In this document: in pieces, positions 8,279 through 16,485 of the stretch | Layout of the letters: each line of letters starts with the position of its first letter | Position numbering within the stretch: position 1 is the stretch's first letter | Assembly: GCA_028282585.1 (NCBI GenBank) | Contig: JANQHR010000009.1 | Location: forward strand, 1 to 27,098 | Direction of reading: 5' to 3' | From: Bacteroidales bacterium | GTDB taxonomy: Bacteria; Bacteroidota; Bacteroidia; Bacteroidales; UBA12077 | Length of the DNA stretch: 27,098 nucleotides | Program-made: the position numbers and the translations under genes | Notes under the pieces: model-generated | Seen by the model: the letters and a program-made list of their open reading frames with translations, nothing else | Databases searched by the model: none | Told to the model about the DNA's origin: nothing

Positions 8279-8833
8279 ATGGGCAGAAATGAAGCTGAAA
8301 GCCTTCTAAAGAAGTATGTACGCAACGAAAAAATGCTATGCCATTGTTATGCTTCTGAAGCAGTAATGCGTGCTTTAGCTAATAAACTTGGTCACGATGA
8401 AGAAAAATGGGCTCTTGCTGGATTGTTGCACGATATTGATACTGAAATTACAAATGCCGATCCACAAAAACATGCTTTAGTTGCAGAAGAACTCCTACGT
8501 GATGAGGGACTTGAGGAAGATATTTTGGATGCTATTAAAATGCATAATAAGCATGCCACCGGTCAAGAGCGAACCACAGAATTTCAGCATGCACTAGCAG
8601 CCGGAGAAACAATTACAGGTCTTATTTATGCAACAGCTTTGGTTTATCCTGAGAAAAAAATTAAGGGCGTTAAAGTTAAATCAGTAACTAAACGGATGAA
8701 ACAAAGTGCGTTTGCTGCGTCAGTAAGTCGAGAGAATATAATGGAATGCGAAAAAATAGGGCTTCCTTTAAGCGAATTTACAGAGATTGCATTGAATGCA
8801 ATGAAGGAAATAGCTCCTAAAATAGGTCTTTGA
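8279..8833 (+). CDS. HD/HDIG-superfamily predicted hydrolase
   Basis: HCYASEAVMRALA, W.LAGLLHDID, H and KRMK..AFAA.VSRE motifs. Confidence 0.88.
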   Translation: MGRNEAESLLKKYVRNEKMLCHCYASEAVMRALANKLGHDEEKWALAGLLHDIDTEITNADPQKHALVAEELLRDEGLEEDILDAIKMHNKHATGQERTTEFQHALAAGETITGLIYATALVYPEKKIKGVKVKSVTKRMKQSAFAASVSRENIMECEKIGLPLSEFTEIALNAMKEIAPKIGL

Positions 8834-8926
8834 CCTTGAAATACCTAAGATAAAAATAAAGCGCTACAAATCAACATGTTAATTGAATGGTGCAAAAACT
8901 TAATATTGCCAATTAGATATTTTTCA

Positions 8927-8934
8927 TATATTTG
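8927..8934 (+). promoter_or_regulatory. -7 box (TATATTTG) upstream of mobA
   Basis: TAnnTTTG match; implies a leader of roughly 85 nt. Confidence 0.5.
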
Positions 8935-9022
8935 ATTTGTAAAATCTGTTGCGAATTTTATTCATCTTACAAAACTACTACAACATTAGAGAGCGAGCGT
9001 TTTATTAACTAAAATAAACGTT

Positions 9023-9643
9023 ATGGAAGCATTTAAGGAGCACAACAAGGTTTCAGCAGCTATCATGGCTGGAGGGGCTAACAAAAGGTTTCATGGTAAA
9101 ACTAAAGCTAATATTCAAATCAGTGGAGTTCGCATAATAGCACGGACGGTTAAGGTTTTACATGAGTTATTTGATGATATTATTATTGTTACAAATACTC
9201 CGGAAGAATTTAAAGCTTATCAGAGTTTTAATTTAGTTCCTGATGAAATAAAAAATGTTGGACCGTTGGGAGGAATTCATGCAGCAATGAAAGTTGCTAG
9301 AAATGATGCTATATTTATATTTGCAAGTGATATGCCCTGCATTTCAAGTGAAATTGTAAAAAAGCATATAGAATTTTATCATAAAAGAAAGTGTGATGCA
9401 GCCATTCCAAGAATTAAAGACTTTAAGGAACCTTTGCATTCAATTTATAATAAGAGAGTTTTCGGCAAATTGGATGAATTTATAAGAGGTAGTAACAAAT
9501 ATTCCATTGAAAATTTTTTAAAGACCCTAAATGTAAGGTATCATAATCTGGAAGATACAGATGAATATAAAAAAGCCTTTATCAATATTAATACTCCGCA
9601 AGATTTATCGTGTATGGAGCTATATGTTTCAGCGCACCATTAA
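9023..9643 (+). CDS. mobA: Molybdenum cofactor guanylyltransferase MobA-like nucleotidyltransferase
   Basis: IMAGG.NKRF.G..KA, GPLGGIHAA, SDMP, EPLHSIY and F.NINTP.DL motifs. Confidence 0.88.
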   Translation: MEAFKEHNKVSAAIMAGGANKRFHGKTKANIQISGVRIIARTVKVLHELFDDIIIVTNTPEEFKAYQSFNLVPDEIKNVGPLGGIHAAMKVARNDAIFIFASDMPCISSEIVKKHIEFYHKRKCDAAIPRIKDFKEPLHSIYNKRVFGKLDEFIRGSNKYSIENFLKTLNVRYHNLEDTDEYKKAFININTPQDLSCMELYVSAHH

Positions 9644-9654
9644 AATACATAAAG

Positions 9655-9936
9655 CTACTTGTGAGTAGCTTTTTTAGTTGGTTTATATTTTTTTATCAGG
9701 GACTTAGGAACAGGGTCGTAGCCATGAGTACCCCAAGGATGGCATTTGGATAGCCGTTTTAGTCCCATCCAGGTTCCCTTTAACGGACCATGAATTTTTA
9801 CTGCTTCAATAAAGTATTCCGAGCAAGTTGGTGTATGTCTGCAAGATGCTGGGGTAAAAGGAGAAATGCACCATTTATAAAAATAAACAGGTATTAAAAA
9901 AATATGACCAAATATTTTTTTCAGGAAATTTAACAT
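9655..9936 (-). CDS. yidD: Membrane protein insertion efficiency factor YidD
   Basis: ISP...SCRHTPTCSEY..EA...HG..KG....KRLSKCHPWG..GYDPVP. Confidence 0.95.
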   Translation of the reverse strand: MLNFLKKIFGHIFLIPVYFYKWCISPFTPASCRHTPTCSEYFIEAVKIHGPLKGTWMGLKRLSKCHPWGTHGYDPVPKSLIKKYKPTKKATHK

Positions 9937-9941
9937 CGATG

Positions 9942-9949
9942 CAAATTTA
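9942..9949 (-). promoter_or_regulatory. -7 box (TAAATTTG on the minus strand) directly before yidD
   Basis: CAAATTTA on the + strand; only 5 nt separate it from the ATG. Confidence 0.5.
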
Positions 9950-9963
9950 AGTATTTATAAAAT

Positions 9964-9993
9964 AAAAAGACTTCCTTTTAAGAGGAAGCCTTT
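9964..9993 (-). terminator. Intrinsic terminator after nrfA
   Basis: Minus strand AAAGGCTTCCT-CTTAAA-AGGAAGTCTTT followed by a T-rich tail. Confidence 0.75.
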
Positions 9994-10012
9994 CAATATA
10001 TATTGATCGATA

Positions 10013-11512
10013 TTATAAATTTTTCGTTTTATAAGTTTTTTCTCTTTCCTTCGCTTTTTCCTTCCAAACAGGAACAATTTCTTCTAGGAATCTTTGCTTA
10101 TCCGCTTCCATTTTTTCAATATCTAAACCGATATATTTCTGAGCTTTCTCCTTGTTAGATATATCCGGATATGGAACTTCTTTATTATATCCTAAAGAAG
10201 CTAATAATCTGGCTAATTTTAACCGTGCATCATGAGCAGCATCTAATCCGGTTCCTAGAATTCTTGCAGATTCAATAGGAGCATGGAACGATCCTCCATG
10301 GCTTGCTGCCACATAGTCCCAACGCCATTGTGCATGCCTGATATCAATTAAAATATCCTTCATTTGTTCTTCTTTAGCGCCAAGTTCCCAAGCTTTACCT
10401 GCTTCAATGTGAGCACGAACAAGTAAATCCTCCAAATAGTTTCTTGTTTGTTTTATTTTATCCTGTCGCTCATATACATTAGAAAGTAACTCTTGAGTTT
10501 CTTCTCTATGGCAAACCTGGCATGTATTAGCAATATTATTTAATGGGCTTTGTACTTGATGGTCCGTAAATTTTTGTCCACCTTCATTAATGTATGGCAT
10601 ATGACAATCGGCACAAGCAAGCCCGCGTTGAGCATGAATTCCGGCTTGGAATAGTTCAAAATCAGGATGTTGAGCTTTCAGCATGGGAGCTTTACTAATT
10701 GGATGTATCCAATCTTTAAATTCGTATTCATCGTAATATGCTTCCATTGCTTCGGCAGTTAATCCTTTTTCCCATGGGAATATTAAATATTTACCTTCGC
10801 CGAAATAATATTCAACATGGCACTGGGCACACACTAGTTGGCGCATATCCTGGTGGCTTACACTGTTAATATCAATTCCCATTTTATCATAAGCTTCTAC
10901 TAATGCAGGTCTGGAAATTCTCAGATTCATATTTTGTGCATCATGACAATCGGCACAACCTATATTATTTACAACCTCATGCCCTAAAGTTTCCCATGAT
11001 CCTTTATAAAATTCAGCTACTCCCATTTCTTGCATTAATCTCGGTACATCAGGGCTCTTACAGGTCCAGCAAGTATTTGGCATTGGACTTTTTTTACCAT
11101 CAATTGGAGCTCCTGTCCTGTGTATTTTATACATATCCGGAATAGCATGTTCATGACCTTTCCCCTGATTATATGCTTTCGAGAAACCATATCCAGCCCA
11201 TAGAATTACTAACCGGGGATCTTCTTCAAGCATATCCCGGTGTGCGCTTCCATTATGTTTACTTTTAAATGATTGATCTTTGGTTTGAAGGAAACTATTG
11301 TACTGGCGAGGAAAGTTTTCTCCCCAAACTTCATTTCTAGGTTCCCATTGCGAATGTTCAATTTTTGGGGTATAAGCAAAAACTGCTTCAGCTCGGCGTT
11401 CTATTATTGAAGAAGCTAATAAACCTAAACAAAAAACAATGATAATGGTAACTAGAAAAAGTATCCAACCTTTCCAGGGTTTTTCTTTGATTTGATCGGT
11501 AAATGGTTTCAT
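10013..11512 (-). CDS. nrfA: Ammonia-forming pentaheme cytochrome c nitrite reductase NrfA
   Basis: CWTCK (Lys-ligated heme 1), CADCH, CAQCHVEYYF, CADCHMP and CQVCH; KAQHP and ASHG..FHAP motifs. Confidence 0.97.
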   Translation of the reverse strand: MKPFTDQIKEKPWKGWILFLVTIIIVFCLGLLASSIIERRAEAVFAYTPKIEHSQWEPRNEVWGENFPRQYNSFLQTKDQSFKSKHNGSAHRDMLEEDPRLVILWAGYGFSKAYNQGKGHEHAIPDMYKIHRTGAPIDGKKSPMPNTCWTCKSPDVPRLMQEMGVAEFYKGSWETLGHEVVNNIGCADCHDAQNMNLRISRPALVEAYDKMGIDINSVSHQDMRQLVCAQCHVEYYFGEGKYLIFPWEKGLTAEAMEAYYDEYEFKDWIHPISKAPMLKAQHPDFELFQAGIHAQRGLACADCHMPYINEGGQKFTDHQVQSPLNNIANTCQVCHREETQELLSNVYERQDKIKQTRNYLEDLLVRAHIEAGKAWELGAKEEQMKDILIDIRHAQWRWDYVAASHGGSFHAPIESARILGTGLDAAHDARLKLARLLASLGYNKEVPYPDISNKEKAQKYIGLDIEKMEADKQRFLEEIVPVWKEKAKEREKTYKTKNL

Positions 11513-11533
11513 ATAGTTTGATTTTTAATATTC

Positions 11534-12115
11534 TTATTCTTCAGTTAATTCTTTAATCCATTCAGGTACCGGGCTTTTTGGCAGTGGAGCTATTGCGTTA
11601 GGGACAATTGATAAGCTATTGATTCTGCCATGAGGAGTTTCACGATGACACTCCCAACAAAGCCTTGATTCGCGTTCGGAATGAAAATCTTGATTATTTA
11701 TTTTTTGCTGGGCAGTTAAAAGTAAATGTTCATGACACCTAACGCAGTTTTGCTGTACAACCTTAATTCCCGCATCTTTCATTTGTATTACTTGAGGTTC
11801 TGCTCTTAATGAAAATATAGTTGCATGTCGTAAACCATCTTTTGCCTTAAAGTAATAATGAGAAATGAAATTATCATGCGGAACGTGGCAATCATTACAA
11901 CTGGCAACTTCTCTATGCGAACTATGGTTCCATGTAGCAAATTGCGGAACCATTATATGGCAGTTAATGCAGGTTTGAGGATTGTCTGATAAATAAGACC
12001 CGGCCTTAGAAAGATAAACTGAGTAAAAAAACAAACCAAGAAAAATACCTAAAACAATTGTTACGGGTAATTTCCATTGGTCAGGTGGGATTATTTTACG
12101 TAAAAATAAAATCAT
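11534..12115 (-). CDS. nrfH: Tetraheme quinol dehydrogenase NrfH (start 12115 preferred; 12130 possible)
   Basis: One TM helix, then CINCH, CNDCHVP, CVRCH and CWECH..PHG; immediately upstream of nrfA. Confidence 0.95.
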   Translation of the reverse strand: MILFLRKIIPPDQWKLPVTIVLGIFLGLFFYSVYLSKAGSYLSDNPQTCINCHIMVPQFATWNHSSHREVASCNDCHVPHDNFISHYYFKAKDGLRHATIFSLRAEPQVIQMKDAGIKVVQQNCVRCHEHLLLTAQQKINNQDFHSERESRLCWECHRETPHGRINSLSIVPNAIAPLPKSPVPEWIKELTEE

Positions 12116-12224
12116 AATATGATGATTCAAAAGTTTTACATAAAATACGAATAAAAGTAATTAATTGCTATAAATCTTTTATTATTCTGCTCAATTTAAA
12201 ATCAGTCTAATAATAGATAGGTAA

Positions 12225-12461
12225 TTAACTTAATTTTCTCACTTTCTGAAAAGAGGTAGCAGCATCAATCATTTTGGTATAATTTACTTTTTGTTTTGTA
12301 GCTATAGATTCGTATTCAAAGCCATTTTCTCCATCTATTAGAACGCTTTCACCCATTTCATATCTTAAACAATCCACTTTGTCCCCTGGGAATAAAGGAA
12401 GGCCATCTAAATCTTGTAATTGCTTCTTTTTGCTTTTTCGTTTAAATAGTTTGAGTACCAT
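12225..12461 (-). CDS. Small hypothetical protein
   Basis: 78-aa ORF filling the gap between genes, with an A/T-rich leader and a D..G.PL.PGDKV start typical of small beta-barrel domains. Confidence 0.7.
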   Translation of the reverse strand: MVLKLFKRKSKKKQLQDLDGLPLFPGDKVDCLRYEMGESVLIDGENGFEYESIATKQKVNYTKMIDAATSFQKVRKLS

Positions 12462-12581
12462 AGTAATTTAAATTAATATATTAACCTAAAATAGAAAATA
12501 TTATCGATTTTAGATAGTGTAAAGTTATTAAAGTTAATTTTAATAGTGATACAATTACAATCAAACGAATACCAAGTAAAA

Positions 12582-13577
12582 ATGAGAAATTACCTTATTT
12601 TAGTTTTAACACTATTATTGAATTCTTGTGCTGAAAACTCTGTTAATCAATGTTTGGACGAACCGGAATTGGTTTTGCCCTGGATCATCAGCACATCAGC
12701 ATTCGAAATGAATACTGCAATTACGGAGGTCGGAAATGAAATTTATTATTCCATATGCGATGCCTATCAGAATTATAGTACTATAGTATATGTTAACAAA
12801 AGAAAAAGAAGCTGGAGTGTTCCAGTTGTAGTTCCATTTTCAGGAATGTATAGTGATTTTGATCCATTTGTTACTAAAAGCGGGGATAAAATCTACTTTT
12901 GCTCAAGAAGACCAACCAATGAAATTGACTCGCAAAAAAATGATGCAAATATATGGTACGTAGAAAAAAGGAATAAAGAATGGGGGCAACCAAAGCCATT
13001 AGGTAATAATGTAAACTCTGAATATGACGAATTTTACGTTTCACTTTCTGAACAAAACAATATTTATTTTTCATCTGCACGCCCTGAAGGTATTGGTTGT
13101 TTGGATATGTATTATTTAAATTCGGAAGAAGATAAGGTCTATAATCTGGGTGAAAAATTAAACTCTGAATATACTGACTGGGACCCATTTATAGATAGAA
13201 AGGAAGATTTTATAATCTTTGCTTCAAATAGGGAAGGAGGTTATGGTGGAGGAGATTTGTATGTAAGTTTTAAAAATAAGAATGGAGAATGGGAAAGACC
13301 ATATAACCTGGGTGGGCCGGTAAATACATCAGACTATGAATATTGCCCTTTTATTTCTCATGACTACGAATATCTCTATTTTTCCAGGTTTGGCGGAAAT
13401 TCAATTAATTATTTAGAAGGTGTTGAGAAAAGCCATGCAGATTTGATCAACCAATATCGTTCAATTGAAAATGGACTAGGTAATATATATAGAGTACGTT
13501 TGAAAGGCTTGGAGGTCTTTCAAAAAAAGAAGAAAGCTGAAATCAGTGATTCCAGCTTAACACAAGTTGAAAAATAG
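12582..13577 (+). CDS. PD40/TolB-like beta-propeller lipoprotein
   Basis: MRNYLILVLTLLLNSC lipobox from ATG 12582. Repeated DFDPF...IYFCSRR, DWDPF...FASNREGGYGGGDLY and NLG..VN..EYCPF units. Confidence 0.85.
   Translation: MRNYLILVLTLLLNSCAENSVNQCLDEPELVLPWIISTSAFEMNTAITEVGNEIYYSICDAYQNYSTIVYVNKRKRSWSVPVVVPFSGMYSDFDPFVTKSGDKIYFCSRRPTNEIDSQKNDANIWYVEKRNKEWGQPKPLGNNVNSEYDEFYVSLSEQNNIYFSSARPEGIGCLDMYYLNSEEDKVYNLGEKLNSEYTDWDPFIDRKEDFIIFASNREGGYGGGDLYVSFKNKNGEWERPYNLGGPVNTSDYEYCPFISHDYEYLYFSRFGGNSINYLEGVEKSHADLINQYRSIENGLGNIYRVRLKGLEVFQKKKKAEISDSSLTQVEK
13522..13558 (-). terminator. Intrinsic terminator of the E1 gene, lying inside the 3' end of the convergent PD40 ORF
   Basis: Minus strand AAGCTGGAATC-ACT-GATTTCAGCTT then TCTTCTTTTTTT. 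Confidence 0.7.
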
Positions 13578-13581
13578 GAAT

Positions 13582-16017
13582 TTAATATAATTCCGGATAT
13601 TTTTTAGGATCAGTTTCGTTCATCATGGAATATATTGCTTCAAATACGTCCTCAGCATTTGGATTGGAAAAGTAATCTCCATCAGTTGCATAGGCAGGGC
13701 GATGTTCTTTAGCTGTTACCGTTCTTGGTTCAGAATCCAAATAATAGTAAGCGTTCTGATCCTCAAGAACTTTTTGCATCATGAATGCTGTGGCCCCTCC
13801 GGGAACATCTTCATCAAAGAATACAACCCGGTTTGTTTTCTTTATTGACCCAGCTATCATATGAGTCCTGTCAAAAGGTAATAGCGTTTGAACATCTATT
13901 AGTTCAACAGATATATTGAAATTTTTCAACTGTTCAATTGCATCTTGAGCAATTCGAACGCACGAGCCATATGTAACCAAAGTAACATCGGTTCCTTCGT
14001 TTAAAATTTCAGGTATTCCCAAAGGAATCTTATATTCACCAATATTTTCAGGGCGTTTTTCACGCAAACGGTACCCATTCAAAGGCTCAATAACTAATGC
14101 GGGATCTTCGCCTTCCATAAGGGTGTTATAGAAACCAGCAGCTTGAGTCATGTTCCTTGGTACACAAACATAAATTCCCCGAATTGAGTTTATCACCATA
14201 CTAAGTGGTGACCCTGAATGCCATATTCCTTCCAGCCTGTGTCCGCGTGTGCTAATTATGACCGGAGCAACTTGCCCACCGGCAGTTCTGTAATGGGTGG
14301 TAGCTAAATCATCACTCATTCCTTGCAATGCATAAAGCAAGTAATCAAAATATTGAATTTCTGCTACAGGCCTTAAGCCTCGAAGAGCTAACCCAATTCC
14401 TTGTCCTAGTATTGTTTGTTCCCTGATTCCGGTATCTGAAACTCTTAATTCACCATATTTTTCTTGCAGGCCTTCATATGATTGGTTAACTCCTCCAATG
14501 TTACCTGCATCTTCACCAAACGTAACCAGTTTAGGGTATTTATTAAAAAGGTAGTCCCAGTTGTCGCGTAATACTTCGCGCCCTGCAGCTTCTTGGGAAT
14601 CAGCTTTAATAATTGGTTTTATCTCCATTACATTTAATGCCGAATGTTTTGATTCATTATGCAAAGCCGTATTATACCTTTCATAATTATCATCGTAATT
14701 CCGATTAAGCCAATTTGTTAAATCGTTTTGAAGCTTCCCGCGAATATTACAATCTGTGCAAACATGACGCAAGATTTTTTTAGCTGTACTGAAATTATCT
14801 TTTCGTATTGGGTCAACAATTTTCTTTAAGTCATTTGTGAATGTTCCGACTTTGTCATAACCTTCTCGTTTACATTTGCATGAGCGGTTGTCAATTAACT
14901 CAACCAGTTTATCTCTTTCAGCTTTAACAGGGGCTTTGAATTTCTTCCAAGCATCTTTCTTAGCTTTTTTGGCAGTTGCTATTGCTTCTTCTTCAATATT
15001 TTTTAATTCATCCTCGGATGCTAGTTTTTCTGAAAGAATCCATTCGCGCATTTTCTTTAAACCATCGAATTCCACTTCCCATTTTAATCTTTCTTCTGAT
15101 TTATATCTTTCATGTGAACCAGATGTTGAGTGACCTTGAGGTTGAGTAATTTCTTCTATATGAAAAATAACCGGAACATGTTCTTCTCGCGCAAGATTAA
15201 CACCTTCTTTAAAGGTTTTTACTAATTCCGGGTAATCCCAACCTTTAGCAGTGTAAATTACAATTCCGGGCTTATCTTTCGTCCTCTCAAACCCTCTTAA
15301 CACTTCAGAAATACTTCCTTTTGTTGTTTGGTATTCTTTTGGAACAGAGATGCCATAACCGTCGTCCCAAACAGCAATTACAGCTGGAACCTGAAGAACG
15401 CCAACTGCGTTAATTGCTTCCCAGAATTGCCCTTCTGATGTACTTGCATCACCAATTGTACCGAATGCAACCTCATTGCCTTTATCGCTAAGTTCAGTAA
15501 ATTGATGTAAATCTTTGATATTTCTGAAAAGCTTAGAAGCATAACCCAAACCTACCCATCGTGCCATTTGTCCAGCTGTTGGAGAGATGTCTGCAGATGA
15601 GTTTTTTTGTTTCATTAAATCTTTCCATGTTCCATCATCATTTAAACTTCGTGTAGAAAAGTGGTTGTTAAAAGACCTTCCTCCGTTTCCCGGATTTAAT
15701 TTTTTATCTGTTTCTCCATAAAGTTGGGCAAAGAATTCTTCTGCAGTAAAAAGCCCTGCAGCCATCATGAAGGTTTGGTCACGGTAATAACCAGAACGCC
15801 AATCGCCATTTTTGAAATATTTAGCCATTGCTATTTGCGCTATTTCCTTTCCATCTCCAAAAATTCCAAATTTTGCTTTTCCTGTTAATACCTCTTTTCG
15901 CCCTGCCAGGCTTATTTGTCGACTAAGGTTTGCTAATTTGTAATCGTTAAGTACTTCATTTTTATCGAATGTATTCTTTATCTCTGTTTTTTTCTTTTCT
16001 AATGTTTTTGTGCTCAT
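13582..16017 (-). CDS. Fused alpha/beta E1 component of a 2-oxoacid (probably branched-chain) dehydrogenase, ThDP-dependent
   Basis: GYYRD, GDASTSEG (ThDP motif) and GHSTSG in the alpha part; FGED.G..GGV, RV.DTGIRE..I.G, RPVAEIQ..DY and G.DVTLVTYG in the beta part. Confidence 0.92.
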   Translation of the reverse strand: MSTKTLEKKKTEIKNTFDKNEVLNDYKLANLSRQISLAGRKEVLTGKAKFGIFGDGKEIAQIAMAKYFKNGDWRSGYYRDQTFMMAAGLFTAEEFFAQLYGETDKKLNPGNGGRSFNNHFSTRSLNDDGTWKDLMKQKNSSADISPTAGQMARWVGLGYASKLFRNIKDLHQFTELSDKGNEVAFGTIGDASTSEGQFWEAINAVGVLQVPAVIAVWDDGYGISVPKEYQTTKGSISEVLRGFERTKDKPGIVIYTAKGWDYPELVKTFKEGVNLAREEHVPVIFHIEEITQPQGHSTSGSHERYKSEERLKWEVEFDGLKKMREWILSEKLASEDELKNIEEEAIATAKKAKKDAWKKFKAPVKAERDKLVELIDNRSCKCKREGYDKVGTFTNDLKKIVDPIRKDNFSTAKKILRHVCTDCNIRGKLQNDLTNWLNRNYDDNYERYNTALHNESKHSALNVMEIKPIIKADSQEAAGREVLRDNWDYLFNKYPKLVTFGEDAGNIGGVNQSYEGLQEKYGELRVSDTGIREQTILGQGIGLALRGLRPVAEIQYFDYLLYALQGMSDDLATTHYRTAGGQVAPVIISTRGHRLEGIWHSGSPLSMVINSIRGIYVCVPRNMTQAAGFYNTLMEGEDPALVIEPLNGYRLREKRPENIGEYKIPLGIPEILNEGTDVTLVTYGSCVRIAQDAIEQLKNFNISVELIDVQTLLPFDRTHMIAGSIKKTNRVVFFDEDVPGGATAFMMQKVLEDQNAYYYLDSEPRTVTAKEHRPAYATDGDYFSNPNAEDVFEAIYSMMNETDPKKYPELY

Positions 16018-16159
16018 AGTAATCCAGGTTTATCCTATTGAATCAAATTTAATTAATCAATTTAGTAAAAATATTAATAAATATAAAGATTTAGATTATT
16101 CAATATTAATTTAAATCTCTATCTTTACATTCGAAAGATATAACAATAAACCTTTATTA

Positions 16160-16390
16160 ATGTTTATAGAAATTCTTCTTTTAGCTTTGGGTTTAGTTGC
16201 AATCTCTTTTATTGCAATAGGGTTCAATATTTTCTTCAGAAAAAAGAAGTTTCCGCAAACTTCTGTGGGAGGCAATAAAGAAATGCGTAAGCTCGGTTTA
16301 TCGTGCGCCAAGCATGAAGAAATAAAATGCCGCAGAGAAATGGATAAAACTACAGAAGTGGTAAGTTGCGCAGGTTGTGGTCATTCTTAA
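16160..16390 (+). CDS. Small single-TM membrane protein with a Cys-rich C-terminus
   Basis: Hydrophobic N-terminus, KKFP.TSVGGNKEMRKLGLSC, ends CAGCGHS. Confidence 0.8.
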   Translation: MFIEILLLALGLVAISFIAIGFNIFFRKKKFPQTSVGGNKEMRKLGLSCAKHEEIKCRREMDKTTEVVSCAGCGHS

Positions 16391-16394
16391 TTAT

Positions 16395-16429
16395 GATTGC
16401 AGATTCAAGACTAAATATTTCAGATTACA
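16395..16429. repeat. Degenerate heptamer tandem array
   Basis: GATTGCA GATTCAA GACTAAA TATTTCA GATTACA. Confidence 0.5.
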
Positions 16430-16449
16430 AGCTCAGAACTTAATTTCTT

Positions 16450-16457
16450 TATATTTG
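16450..16457 (+). promoter_or_regulatory. -7 box (TATATTTG) for the OsmC-family gene
   Basis: TAnnTTTG match 28 nt before ATG 16486. Confidence 0.55.
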
Positions 16458-16485
16458 TTATAAGCTATTAACAAATTTTATAAAT

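Noticed and set aside
8935-9022. Possible Moco riboswitch in the long mobA leader (TTTGTAA...TTACAAA and TGTTG...CAACA pairings)
   Set aside because: Stems are short and AT-rich, and I cannot see the multi-stem Moco RNA motif. A covariance-model search would be needed.
9993-10006. Perfect palindrome TCAATATATATTGA as a ModE- or FNR-like site
   Set aside because: It lies between the nrfA stop and its terminator rather than at a promoter, is mostly AT dinucleotides, and does not match either consensus.
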